From: Mustelus asterias
Lineage: Eukaryota
Length of the DNA stretch: 64,000 nt
Assembly (NCBI RefSeq): GCF_964213995.1
Contig: NC_135813.1
Coordinates: 87,730,001 to 87,794,000 of the forward strand
Direction of reading: 5' to 3'
Position numbers and translations under genes: made by a program. The notes under the pieces were generated by a model that worked only from the letters and a program-made list of their open reading frames with translations, was not told the origin of the DNA and did not search any database. Each line of letters starts with the position of its first letter. Positions within the stretch are counted from its first letter, which is position 1. Positions 12,961 to 26,963 of the stretch are shown here, piece by piece.

Positions 12961-15900
12961 GCAGTTCATTATCTTAACCAGCTGGACCATGTAAAAGCAA
13001 TATTCTAGTTTAAAACTGTAATTTCCTATAAGAGCCCTTAAATCTCCAGGCATGTACAGCTAAATACTTAGTTTTTATTTTCCACCAGTCGCCAAAAACG
13101 AATACGCTGCAAAGTGACACACTATGGGCAGGATTCTCCAGCTGCACGTGCCCCAAGACCCAAAATTCCCACCCAAGCTCAACAGACCTGTGAAATGGTC
13201 CACCGAATTTTCTGTCTTGCCTGCTACGATTCCCACAGCGGGCAAGATGGGAGAATTTCAGCCAATGTATCCAAACAGTCAATGAAATGATTCTTGTGCA
13301 TAGTTTATCATTAGTTTTCATTGTACGCTGGATGTAAAGAGTCAGCAATTTAATGGACCATTCAACCCCAAACATGTGTCATTCTTTTTGCCTGGTATTG
13401 TTCAGCAGTCCCCCACCAAAGCGGCTCCAACAAGCAGAATAGAGTGCTTTCTCATCTTGCCTTTCCAATGCTATCAATGAAGATCACTATTAGCAACATT
13501 AGCCAAATTTGGCATTGCCTTTAGCAATATCATTCGGAGCTGCAACAGGTCTATCCGAGCCTGCAAATTTTATTCAAACGTTTAAACAAAGGACCTCCTC
13601 TTCTGAGAATGCAAATTTTCTAATTGACTTCATATAAGATTCTGCAGTTTTGTCGGTATTTGATCAGGTGGAAAAATATTTAGTCTGCAGTAAATTGTAA
13701 ACCATTGAAATCTTGATTGAACTTGTATGCAATGTGCAATTGTCCCAACCACCAAACCTTTGTCCCCTGCATCAATGCAACTGCCCTTTCCCATTAATTT
13801 CATCCCTTTGGCCATACTCAGGGCTGAACCAACATATTCAAAACTTGGTAGCCTGAGTTGAACTATAATCCCATGTTTTATCATCAAGACCATTCATAAC
13901 ATTGCCCATTTTTGCAATTGAAATGTAAACATGAATCAGTCACCTTCAGATTATTATTTGTTGTGATCACATTCCTTTGCACCGATCCGTGAAGTACATT
14001 GAGATATTTCTTCATATTTAAGGTCTCAAGTAAATTGTGGTGGTTGTTCAAAATAGTAAGAAAGGAATCTGTTGCTCATGTGTACCATTTTGAGGAAAGG
14101 GCAACTTGAAGTCATACATTTCAAATGAGGTAATGGGTTACCTGGAGAAATGGCATCTTGCTGAGCTGAGTTAACATGTTATATGATGTGTGTGTCCGTA
14201 AAAAAGCATTTCTGTAAGTTAACTTTGAAGCTGCATTTATTATAGATTGGAAAAACTTACATATACTTAATACAATTGAGAGAAGAATTTTAACAGCACA
14301 TACGACAAGAGGTTAATTTCAGTTGTTGCTCTTTTTGCTTTTCCCAAGTAATTCGCACTTCAGTTACTTTTCACTCTTAAAATTTTAATTTTAACCCTCT
14401 AGAAATGTTACATAGTGTAATGTTGTGTACATGTACCTCCAACAAATCCTTGATTGAAGTTCTTCCCAACAATACTGAGGCAATGACACCATTTCACCTA
14501 TCCGATCCACTTACACTGGCTGTGCATGGTGATTGGTGCCTTCTGAGGAACAGCAGAAACTTCAGTTCACACAATGTTTTGAAAAATAATAATGTCTGGA
14601 AAGGATATACAAAATGAATAATATGGTTAATGGGGCAATTTTTAAAATCCAATTCTGTTTGTCCTCTGGAAGTGGGTGATTCATGATCAGGTACTGTTGT
14701 CTCCACACCAGAAGTTATGTGCAAGACTGTGTGCCTTTCTAACCATGGAGGGGCTTTCACAAATGAACCTGATCTCAACATCCATGGGTTATATTCCAAT
14801 TATTCTGTGTAGCCCTTCACTCTGAAGCATAGGCTATCACTGGAAGGCCTGTATAAAAGTATTTGCTGATACTGTATAGAAAAGCACATTTTCTGCAAAT
14901 AATACATTTCTCTCATTTAATTTGATATTGCCTTTCTGGTTAAGATGAGTACCTCCCCTAATCTATAAAATGAAAATCCAGCTAAGTATTAACGTAGTTA
15001 TGTAACATTATTTGTATTGGGTCAGCCAGAGAGAGATTTGCACCACAATAAAAGGTTAATGTCATCTGCTTTGACATAAACTTCACTTTCCTTGTGTCCC
15101 AGTTGCCACATTTAACCTTTGAAATACACCTTGTGACTCTAGACATCTTCATTTGGTGCTGTCACTCCCTTTTGCTTGGGTGAATCACTTGTAAACAAAC
15201 TTTGACCAAGGACCAATACATTGTGATTGTCACTTATGATTTTGGTAAGAGCAATGCATCTTCATCACAATTCAAGAATCTCATCATAGTTTCAACTAAA
15301 ACATCCTTAATGTTGTTAAAAGTATAAAACCACTTTCCCTTAACAGTATTGATTTAAACTGGGGCATAATTCTTAATTTGCCATTAGCACCCCTCTCCCC
15401 ATCCCTAATATTAAGGCTGTTTTTCTTGTGGGCTGACATTGCACTTGTAAAGTCCCTCGATCTTGTCAGACATCAGAGCTTGGGCCCCATCTTGTTTTTT
15501 TGTCATGGAAGAGTTCCTAATCCAACATCCATGAAGCCAATTGTTGAGCATCTACCACCACCCTGACAGAACTCGAGAGGCCAAATTTGGGACCAACCTT
15601 GTTTTTGATGATGTAGTACCACACTGGATTGCACATTTACTGACCAAGGCACTGTAGGATCAAATATTTTTGGAATGTCAAGTTTGTGATCTTAAAAAAT
15701 CAAACCATGTAATTTGGCATAAGGATTTGAACTTGTGTATGTTGTGTACTCTGTTGTTGCCAGAAGTACAAGTTTAGATGAGGTCAGTTTGTTTTGTTTT
15801 TGTAACCCTTTATATTTTTGCAATTAGGGCTGTTTTGCTCATTGGCAGCCTCCAAAACGTTGAATGGCACAGATTGAAGTGCCGTCCACACCAGAGAGCA

Positions 15901-18058
15901 CAGGCAATTTCATGAAACTGACTTTATCTGTGGAAATAAAACTAAATTGCATTCCTCTGAGGACTGCTGGGTATGTATTACTCTGGATTACTTTGGATTA
16001 CTTTAAATTCTGCTTACAGATTCGTTTCCTCAAGTGAGTGAGCATTAATTATCTTCATAAATGGATGTTGAAATCAAAGCAAACTGCATTTTTTAAAAGT
16101 CAAAATTGAGCAATTATTTTATACAAAAGTAAAAGAACTTTAAAAGCAGAGATTGTTATTAATTTGCAGATGATTCCTTCACTGTTCTCTTAAATTCTCT
16201 ATGATGTTTTGGCGATTTTGATGTTGGATTTTTAAAATCATTTTTGTAAGTTTGTGATGGGTTCCACAGCCACTTATGGTAAAAAGAGGTGATGCACAGT
16301 GGTCCTTGTACATGAGCCACAAAGTTAATGTGCATGTACATCAAATAATTAGAAAAGCAAAAGTAATTTTGGCCTTAATTACAAGGGGGATGGAGAATAC
16401 AATCCTATAGAACATTGGTGAGACCACGCAGGAGTGCAGTGTACAAATTTGGACATCTTGCCTTAGAAAATATGTACTTATAATGATGAAAGAGATTGAG
16501 ATTCTCTGGAGTTTAGAGGAATGAGAAAATTGCAATATAAAATTCTTGAGCTTGCCAGAGTACATGCTGAGAGGCTGTTTCCCTTTACTGGTTGTTTAGG
16601 ACTAGGAGGGCATACGGTATTAGCCATTTGGGACTGAGTCGAGGCAAAATTTCTCATTTGGAGAGCTGATGCAGACACAGTAGGTCAAATGGCCATCTCC
16701 TGCACCGTAATGATTCTGTGATTCTTCAGAGTTGTGTGGAATTATCTTCCTGTCTGAAGTCAACGATACTCAGTTGTTGAGTCATCAAAACTAGGATTCA
16801 ATAGGTCTTTACAAACTAATGGGATTGAGAGATGTGGGGATAGCACATGGAAAATATGTTTTTATGTTCTTATTCAGCATTAAAAATAATTCCAGGAGGG
16901 GATTGCTGTCAATGGAAGATGCATCTTCTCAGCTTAATATTTTTAAATTCCAGAACAATCTGGTTAAAGGCTGCGCCATGGAGACCAACAGACTAATGCT
17001 CTATTCAGCAAGGAAATCCACTAATGTGATTCTTACGATGCTGATATTTTACCCCAGACTAGAACAACTAGGCTCTTTGTATGGATTATTAGTATTAACA
17101 AAATTCATCAGGAAATATTGAGAGTTTCATTGGAATTTGCAATCAAAGATCTATACAATCTAGAGAGCAATTCAATAGTAATCCAAGCTCAGCTATAAAA
17201 ACCTACTGATTAATACCAGGAAATTGCCTCTACTTCACAGGAACCTTTTGACACAAATAGAGAACAACCCTCCTCTTCTCCCCCATCCCTTCCAATTTTT
17301 TCCCTTCTACTAAATACTCTGACCCATTGGGATTCAGTTCCACTGGCGTTGGCAGCCTTGTGTGAGCCAAGGGAGTGAGTGTCAGCAGGTCATTTGTGAA
17401 TGGAATCGTGGCCAGACCTTTTTACCAAGAATATTGGCTGATCCATGGCCTCATTGCTCTTTCTCTTTGTAACCTCTTTTTCATAACTCTGCACCCCTCT
17501 AAATCAAGTCTCTTGTTCATCTCCCACTTCGATGATTTTGAATTTCAATGCCATGTACATCAAAACGGCAACATAACTGCAGTTGTGATTAAATTTGCAT
17601 TTCTAACCAAGCTGTTAAGTACAAATTCGGTCAACATGAGTGTCACCTACACCCATGCCCACCCCTGCCCCAATAGGCAAGGGTATTTAATGATAGAATG
17701 GCTAGGTACATAATTTAAGCATAAGGAAACAGCAGAAAGAGTTGCAGGAGGTACATAAAAGTGTGCTAAGTCTCTGGGTGGATTGCTGAAATGGTGTGAT
17801 TACAAGAAGAAACTTGAATGAATTTTGGTGGGGAATGAGACAGGTTCTTGTTTATGAACACAGACAGCAAGGCAATACTGTGGATTAGGTGAACCAGATA
17901 GACAAAGTAACAGTTTCAGGCTGGAGACCATGTACAGATTTCACATGCACAGTACAATTCCTCACAATATTATAAAAATCTGCACAAAAGGAGAATTTGG
18001 ATCACTTATCCTTACATAAACTCTGACACCTTAATTAGGTTCTTTGTATTTTCCATCT

Positions 18059-18238
18059 TTAACCCTTAAAAATAGCCTTTTCCATTCCGTCTCTCAACTT
18101 TGTGTATTCCAAGTTTGAGGCGTAGTGCGTGCACACATAGTGGGGATTGTTGCGTACATACTGGAGAAATTCTGGGGCTCCTGGTGCAATGACGTTGTCT
18201 GCCAGCAAAACAGTGCCCTTTCTCAGCAGACCACATTC
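18059..18238 (-). CDS. COMT: COMT terminal coding exon
   Basis: ttgcag|[29 protein letters not shown]...LEY...[10 protein letters not shown]; contains the DN Mg ligands; 180 nt including TAA. Confidence 0.96.
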   Translation of the reverse strand, partial: ECGLLRKGTVLLADNVIAPGAPEFLQYVRNNPHYVCTHYASNLEYTKLRDGMEKAIFKG

Positions 18239-19164
18239 CTGCAAGTAAAGAAAATAATTCCATAATTAATAAAGACAATATTATTTCAATTGAAAACTGT
18301 AGTGGCACCTGATCGATGAAATAAAATGCCTACTGGTAGATCTCACTTCTCTGCCAGGCTTTCCATATCAGTCAAAGAGACTTGTGCAGGATTCCAGTCC
18401 CTAGATAGATTGATTGATTGATTCAAGGCTGCTTGGTGCCACCCATACAAAGCACTATATACAATGAACATCACCTTTTATGTAGAGTAAATCAAAACTG
18501 AGTTAAGGAACAAATCTGTGACCTTGCAGGTCCATGTGACTCCATGCACCACCTTGTGAAACGTTTATACAATGCACCACAGAATTCTATTCATTTACTT
18601 TTAGATATAAATAAACACAAATGGCTTTAAATAGATCCTAAATCCCAAACTTTTAGATTTTGAAGCATGTATTCTAATCAAAAAAGTAATCCTGCCCAAA
18701 GGGCTACTGAGTGAGGGTTGGGTACAGACTGTTATCAACTGCGACATATTTGGGGATCTATCAAAATCAAGCTCTCAAATTCTGGAAACACAGCAAAGGT
18801 ACTGGTGCTGATCTTTTCCTTCCCTCATCCTCCCTTGAAGGCATTAAATCCTCATTGTGGAACGTAACACCACTCTCCAAAACCACACCTGGTTGATTGT
18901 TATTGATGTTTTCGATCCTGCTGGTGTATAGGCAAGCTATTTGATTGCAGGGTACCTCATGTTCTGGACAATATTACCCCTCCACCAACATCATTAAAAC
19001 AGACTGGACATTGCCGTTTGTAAAAGCTTAGCTGTTGCTTTTCCCACATCACAACACTAACTACACTTCGAAAATGCAAAATGCTTTGGGATAGACTGGA
19101 AAGTACAGCATAAATGCAGGACTTTTTTCTATGCCCATCCTGATCAGGAGCATTGTGTTTCTCA

Positions 19165-19294
19165 CTCCCACAGTGTCAGCCCTCTACTAACCCCCTCCCA
19201 CAGTGTCAGCCCTCTACTAACCCCCTCCCACAGTGTCAGCCCTCTACTAACCCCCTCCCACAGTGTCAGCCCTCTACTAACCCCCCTCCCACAG
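19165..19294. repeat. 30-bp minisatellite, about 4.3 copies
   Basis: (ctcccacagtgtcagccctctactaacccc)n, near-perfect. Confidence 0.95.
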
Positions 19295-19702
19295 CAGTAA
19301 TTGATTGGAAATAGCTCAGGAACCATAATAAGTTAATGTACATTAGAGCAAAGAATGTAGAAAAGATAGTAAACAGCTGTGAAATGCATTTTGATTCCCT
19401 GCTTTATATTAATTCTTATGCTGTGTTATGAACCCTGCTGATGTTCAGTGCGAGGCATGCCAGAACACATGCCGGTTCTTAACTATTTTTGTGATTCGGA
19501 AAAAAACATGAGAAAAGAGATACGACCTACTAAGGAAAGGTGTCAGACTTGTAAATAATCACACAACAAAATGTCTAATAAACTTCAAACACAAAACAGA
19601 AAGATAACAGTAAAGGACAACATTCACAATTAACTGCAATAATGGCGACCCAGGCAGTATAGTCAAATTAGCCCCCCTTCCCCCAGCCATCTAAATCTAT
19701 CT

Positions 19703-19992
19703 ACTTTTTTGTTTATTTATTGGTGTCACAAGTAAGCTTACTTACACAATTAAGTTACCGTGAAAATCCTAGTCACCACCCTCAGGCGCCTGTTCGGGTA
19801 CACTGAGAATTTAGCATAGCCAATGCATCTAATCAACACCTCTTTCAGACTGTGGGAGGAAACCGGAGCCCCTGAAGGAAATCCACGCAGATATCAGGAG
19901 AACGTTCAGACTCCGCACAGGCAGTGACCCAAACCGGGAATCAAACCCAGGTCCCTGGTGCTGTGAGGCAGCAGTGCCACCGCGCTGTCCCC
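19703..19992 (-). mobile_element. HE1-type SINE with alternative tail
   Basis: Reverse-complement head at 19920-19992; tail ...ttgtgacaccaataaataaac. Confidence 0.8.
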
Positions 19993-21064
19993 TACTTTCC
20001 TAAACTCTGAGAATACCTTCCCAAAAGTAACAGCCCATAGGTTTGAACACAAAGCCACATCCAGCAAATAATTACCATACAGGGCCTGTAGCTTTCTTTT
20101 GGGAACTGTTCTCTTTGTTTAGGGTAGAACAGTAAAGGAATTGAGGGTTATGGTGAGCGGGCGGGTAAGTGGAGCTGAGTCCACAAAAAAATCAGCCATG
20201 ATCTTATTCAATGGCAGAGCAGGCCCGAGGGGCTAGATGGCCTACTCCTGCTCCTCGTTCTTATGTATCTTATGGGGTCCGACGCAGACAATCATCTGCT
20301 GCTTTCTGTTCTACCCAACAGCTTGATTCTTTCTGAGAGGGCTCTGCTTTTCACCTGGGTGTGGTTATGATCTAGATCCCTAGACTGCTAGTTTCCACTT
20401 TGCTTAACAAAGTCACTATTTCTATATATACTAGGCTAATCTACATGTCACATGTCCTCAGTGTGGCTAAATACCTATTAGTTCCCTTTTTATCCAACTC
20501 TTTTAATTTCATTCCAACGTCCTGATGTAAGAACTAAGCTCTCACTTTGATCTTTATTTAGTTGCCATTAGCATCAGCAGCATCCATATAAGAATATGTT
20601 TTTACATTCTATTATTTAACAACTAATGTGGGCAGAATTGGTTAAAAAATTGCACACTCAAATTGTATTACTTTCCCTCAATAGCATTGGATAAGGTTGA
20701 AGTTTAATGCTGAAGATGTTGCACTCTGAGGGTTCGCACAAGTGGATTATCCAATAAATCAGTTGGCAATAATACAACATGGACCTAAAGGGGTTGTTAG
20801 GTTAGAAGAAATCAAGGATTATATAACTGGGGAGGTGTAAAATAAGGAAATAGCTGCAGTGTAGCTAAGGGAATAGGTTTCCTTTGCTATACAAGATTGC
20901 AAGAAATAAGATATCCACAAGATTTTTATAACAGGCTATAATTGGGGAAGAACAAAGATAGAAAATGAAGATAGTGTAACGGGGCTTAAAGAAGCAATAG
21001 CCCAGCGCAGATGATCTAGATCTTTTATGAATGAAATGGACTTGCTTCCATGGCAGAACCTATC

Positions 21065-21165
21065 TCATGATGTGGAGATGCCGGCGTTGGACTGGGGTAA
21101 GCACAGTAAGAAGTCTCACAACACCAGGTTAAAGTCCAACAGGTTTATTTGGTAGCAAATACCAT
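21065..21165 (-). mobile_element. Penelope extreme 3' terminal fragment
   Basis: tcatgatgtggagatgccggcgttggactgggg...ggtagcaaa, same terminus as 61060. Confidence 0.8.
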
Positions 21166-24100
21166 CTCGGCAGGGATAAGTTTTGAGCAAATTACTTAGT
21201 ATCAATTTTCTCATGTTATCTCCTCATTCACTCTTATAACATTGAAAGGGGGGGGGGGGGGGGGGAGGTTTGATGGGCTATTGTTATATTTGGCCCCTCA
21301 TGGCATTAAGTCATTAAATACTAGACATTTTTCTTTAAATTTGCAGAAGGTAAAAAGAACAGGGTTCAGGTGCTGGTGTTCCCATGTATCTGCTACCCTT
21401 GGCCTTCCAGCTAGTGGTGGTCATGGGTTTGGAAGGTGCTGTCTAAGGAACCTTGGTGAGTTGCTGCAGTACGAGTGGAAGTAGCACAAGAGACGATAGT
21501 TGCTTAATGTCAGGAAAGCTGCAGCTGTCAGTTGCCAACTTGGTGTGAGGCTGAGCAGAATATTCTAATTTGCAGAAATAAGCATTTCAGTGTCTTTCAC
21601 TGCTCTTAAATTATTCCACCAAAAGAAAATTATTTAAACCCAGAGCAGAATTGTTTTGAAGGCTCTCAAAACCGAATCCGTATCCTGAGTGCTGTGACAG
21701 AGAATCTGTGTAAACTGATTAAAGCTAGTTCAGATTAATCTCTGAATAGAAATGGGAATGGATATGTTGGGTGTATTACAGAACAATGAATTACAGAATT
21801 TGAAGTCATGCAAAAGCGTAATGGAATTCGATCAGAGTATCTGTAACTGATTTATACTAAAAAGTAATAAAAGAATTGTCCGTTTCAATTAAGCCAGCAC
21901 CTGGTAAATGAGCTTTGTAATTCTGTTGAGTAAAAATGATCGCGACTTTGCTGTCACTGTTCAATCTGTAGTTCAGGAATGTTAGCCAAGCATTTCCCTT
22001 GTAAACTCCTGTTAATGAAAGACCTTGCAAGTCGGATAGATCTCATCAACTCATGACTTAGAGATGACAAATTCATCCCTGGACTGTCACATATTTCTCT
22101 CAAATGGATTAAGTACGTATTTCATCGATGATTTGCTTCATTTGTACGAAGTAAAAAGATTTATTTTTAAATATATTAAATAGGCTGTGGAATTGCCCAC
22201 AGTGAAGTAGAAGGTACACCTTTTATGATAGTGCAATTCTGCATTATGTACACTGTCTTGTCATACAATTGCTGTAATTTGGCATTGCAAATGCTCAGAA
22301 GTTAATCCTAACTATTCAGGTAGTTGATACTCTGGGCTTGCCCATTTGCTCTGGACCATTTCCAGCCCCAGCCATACCTTGACCCCATTTTTATGCTTGT
22401 GATCCACCGCTCTTTTCAAGAGGGTTATCCCCTTGCCTTGATACTCCCAGATGATGACTTGCATTTATACAGAACCTTTAGGATTGTAAAACCTCCAAAT
22501 GCATTTTAAAGTCAAGCCAAGTAAGGAGATATTAGAATAGGTAACTAAAAGCTTGGTCAGAGAGGGTAGCTTTTTAGGAGTGACTTTGAGGTGAGAAAGG
22601 CAGTGGGATTTAGGAATGACATGCCAGAGCTTCCAGTCTAGGTAGCTGAAGGCATGGCACCAGTGATGTGCAATGAAAATTATGGATGTGCGACAGGAAA
22701 GAATTGAAGGATAGCAAAAATCCAGGGAGTCAGAGTTCTTTTGTAGGGCTGGAGGAGGTTAGAGAAGAAGGGAAGAGGCCATGGAGGGATTTTACCTGCA
22801 CAAACATCCATGGAGACTTTGAAGGAGTAGACACCAAACATTTACTACTGAAGCTTTTGTCTTCATGGCTACATGGATGTATACCACAAAGCATCAAGAC
22901 ACACATTAAGTTTAAACTCCTGTTCCGATGAATTTGCATAGATGTAAAGTTGCTGATAACAGATTTTGGTAAACTGATTTAAGATTTATTAATTGATGAG
23001 TCAACTTTGTTAAAAATACGTTTTTCCAAACCTCCTGCTTGAGATATAAGAAAGACAAACCAATATCTAACACTGAAATGCAGATCGGACTGAATTGTCT
23101 GAGATGCTTGGGGCTCCCTCAGACTGCAGGTTAGACAACCCTGTCCAATTGTGCTTGTTCACTGAACTAAAACTTGCAGTGGGCAAGGAGAAAAAGCAAA
23201 AACTGCCAACGAAGGATTCAGCAAGATGGGTTTAAGTCCACATCGTCGTTCCAGGCAAGTCTGGTGTGCCAATATGCGTGCTTCCTGCAGCAGCCTGAGT
23301 GGCCACAGCTCAGGGTGGGTCTGTTCAGGCAGCTGCAGGGAACACACAGAGCAGGTCAATACAGACAGCACAGATGATTTGGACAAATACTTGCTTTTAA
23401 CTGAAATAGGCTGCAACCAAAGCAGGAAAAACCATAGCGTTTGCAAGGGTAAAATGTCAACAAAACCAACTGAAGCTCCAGTTAAATTCTCCAGATTGAA
23501 TCACAGGCTCTCAAAATAAATTTTTGGGGGGGGGAGGGAGAGAGGTATGTTCCAGGGATCATTAACATTGCTTTGAACTTGGAATAAGAATAAATATTTA
23601 ATTCAGAATTAATGTTTGTGGATTTGTTAAATGTTAATTTTACTGGGAGTTTTCAGTTGTGGGGAAAATGAAAGGTTATGATTGAAAGTTTTAACATTGA
23701 AGAAATGATTTGATTGTTTCCTGTTGCACTCCAGTTTTGAATTGAAAGCTTTCAACAAAAAACAGTTTTCTGCTGGTTGATGCTGAGCAGAATCAAACAG
23801 CTTGGTTTTGATTTGTTTACATTTAGTTAATGAGATAGTTATGTTACAGCAGAGAAACAGTCCATTCAGCTTAATTAGTCCATCTTGGTCTTTATACTCC
23901 ACCCGAGCCTCTTCCCATCCTCTTCATCCATCCCTATCAACATAGCCTCCTCTTATCTCCCTGCTGCGTTCATCTAGTTTTGCCCTCATCTCTGCCGTTT
24001 GCCTCTATAAATCCTTATTTTAGCTCAGCTAATCTACAGCTTTTGCCCGACGGACATTCATTGTTGCCAAGGTATGACACTTTTTGAGGCACTTGATACA

Positions 24101-26296
24101 ACAATGCAACTTCTATACATAATTGAATAGGTTTTTTACACAAGTATTATCAAGGAAGAATGTAAGGGGGTGATGTTACGACCAGATGTGGAGAGGTGGA
24201 ATGGCTCCCTTCTTTCCCGACTCCTTATTTGACTGCAACAGGAGTTTTTTAAGCCAAGGATGCCAAACTATTTACATGCTGCAACTATAAAAGACGCAAA
24301 CTAACCGGTTCAAAAAGAGAATAGTATTTATTTTACTTTTCCTCAGCACCGTCCAAACCCACGATCGCTAGCATCAGGAAGGACAAGAGCAGCAGATGCA
24401 TGGGAATGCCACCACCTGTGAGTTTCCCTCCAAGTCACTTATCAGCCTGACTTGGAAATATATCGCCATTCCTTCACTGTCGCTGGGGCAAAATCCTGGA
24501 ATTCCCCCCCCCCCCCCACAACAGCACTGTGGTGTGTCTACTACATGGACTGCAGTGGTTTAAGAAGGTAGCTCACCATCACCACCTCGAGGATAATTAG
24601 GGTTGGCAATAAATGCGGGCTTAACCAGTGGTGCCCAGATCTCATTAATTAAATTTTAAAAACTAAACCCAGTCTAAGGAAAAGGTAATGTGATGATACT
24701 GTACCTGGGCTGTTTTACACTTCAACTCTGATTATGGTGCCAATTGTCTGCAACCAGCAGCCCACATGCTGATTAATGCAGAAGAATAATTGCTTCTAAT
24801 TATTGGAGTGTTTGTTTCAAGCTGAGTTAATGCAGTTTTGTCAATGGTAGTTTATCCCCTGGGGTTCTAGAGTAGGATTTAATTAGTTTGATAGACAAGA
24901 AGAAAATTGGTTTCTGCCAAACTGAAAGTAACTTCTTGGATTTTTTTCTTAGGGGGGGAAGCTGTCTCACTTGACCTGTCAATCATTCCTTCCCCAACAA
25001 TTCAAAAAGTGCTATAAACCCCAGGACACTGCAGTAGGCCCAGATTAAAAATAAACAAAAGGCACATTATATGACTATAGCAATAATAAAAGCTTGGGGC
25101 CAATAATGGAAAAAAAAACAGGTCTGCTTCCCAACTGCAGAAAACATTCTTAAAGTACATTTCTTAAAGGCACAGTAGTGACACAATAGTCAAAGTCATC
25201 AGAGGAGGTTCAAAATTTGCAAGTTAGATGCAGAGAGAGAGGGGGAGCCCACTCAGGGTCTATCTTCCTCCATGTCTCATTTGCATGCTGATCTGCACCA
25301 AAAATAAGGGCTTAACAACAATGGGTTGGCTGACTTGTCACATGACTCTCCAACTGCCCAGTGAACCAGATATGGTCACAGTTAGTCAACTAGTTGGCAT
25401 ACTTGATTAGAATACATCTGGGCAAATCCTTTCACAGCCAGGGTCCCATTATCTACTGGTTTTTTTTTGGTCACCCAGTTGAGTACCCTTTATCAATGGG
25501 GTAGGAGATGGCCCCTATTCATACTCTTTCAAAGCAAATCTTCTGGCACGTTCTCCCCATGTCTGATGGCATTTCCTCCCACAGTCCAGAGATGTGCAGG
25601 TTAGGTTGATTGGCCAAGTTAAATTGCCTCTTAGTGTCAGGGGGATTAGCAAGGTAAATACATGGGATTACGGGGATAGGTCCTGAGTGGGATTGTTGTC
25701 GGTGCAGGAATGATGGCCTCCCTCTGCACTGTAGGGATTGTATGATCCATTAACTGTGATTTCAAGCCATTGGAATGTGGATTTAAAAGCTTCAGTTTGT
25801 GGTTTCCTGCCAGCAAATTCATAGTTTTTTTTATAAAGCATAGCTTCATATGTGAAAATCTATTTTGACCTGTTCTGGGGGTTGTAGTGGTGGCATGCTG
25901 GAACCTCCAGCTTCTCTACATTAAAATATGGTGTGAAGATTGAGATGCCATTGGGTATGTTTGTATGCCAATCATATTCAATGTCCCGTGAAGCTAAGTT
26001 CTCAGTCTGTTTCTTAGTTTCTCCATTCTCATAAGTCACTGATTCCAGTTTTTCTAATTACTTGTAATCTCTGTTGTATTAAAATAGTTCAAATTAGTTT
26101 TCATAAAGATATTGATGCTCAAATTAAAATGAAATCAACTCCAAGTTATTGAAATGCACAAAAAACAATCTTTACTGAGACAATGTCTTTATTTCCTTGG
26201 ATGATATTTATGCATTGAAGGCATATATTTCTAAAGCTGTCCTGTGCATATTTCAAGCTATATTGGCCTGGTGTAGAAGGAAAACACAGCTCTTAC

Positions 26297-26428
26297 CTCC
26301 AGGAGTTGGGTGTCAGGTTGATATCTGTCCTTCCAATGATCAAGGAAAACAAAATCTAAAGTGTCCACCTCATATTTTTTCTTCAGTTGTGGAATAATAT
26401 TTCCAGATGAGCCTTCCAAGATCTCCAC
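26297..26428 (-). CDS. COMT: COMT coding exon 3 (DHWK catalytic/Mg-binding motif); absent from the ORF track
   Basis: Manual reverse-complement translation: aag|[44 protein letters not shown]|gtaag; 132 nt, phase 0/0. Confidence 0.96.
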
Positions 26429-26589
26429 CTTAGTTCATTGGACCAGGAGACAAATGATTAGAACTATTTTTCATTATGGGAATAATATGTTGAACTTGGC
26501 AACCGTCTGAATCCCTGTTTTGGAAAACACTTTCATCGTTGGCTACAGTGTCAGAGTATAGCAGTTCTAACCTGTTCCTCCCTTTAGGG

Positions 26590-26963
26590 CAGTGATGGGC
26601 AACCTAGCTTAGTGAATGGGTTGCATGAGTGGCCCTGCTAGGCTTGTTCACTAACTGTGACCCATGAATAAGTTTAAATACATGCTGAATGTTTCATAAC
26701 GAGTATAGAAAATACTGAACCATTTATATATTAATAGAACTCTCCATCAAATTCAAATGGTAACAACAAAGAAATATTAACACTTTGGATGCAGAGGGAG
26801 CCCACAGCTCTCGCAGTCAATGTTGTGAGCCATCACTTCAATCATACGTGGGCGGAAATCAATGTAACATGGCAACTGCGCACGAGCAGCAGTCAACAAA
26901 ATGTCTCCTGGGCGGCATTCAGAAGCCAGGCGTGGCCTCCAGGCTGCAAGTTATCCACTACTA
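26590..26963. mobile_element. Possible non-autonomous hAT (Charlie-like) element
   Basis: 5' end cagtgatgggcaacct, degenerate 3' inverted end, imperfect 8-bp TSD ctttaggg/ttttatgg. Confidence 0.45.

Noticed and set aside
19165-19294. CRISPR-like array
   Set aside because: Units are contiguous with no unique spacers, and the genome is eukaryotic.
24174-25184. LTR-like segment with TGTTAC...GTGACA ends
   Set aside because: No target-site duplication and no internal domain to confirm it.
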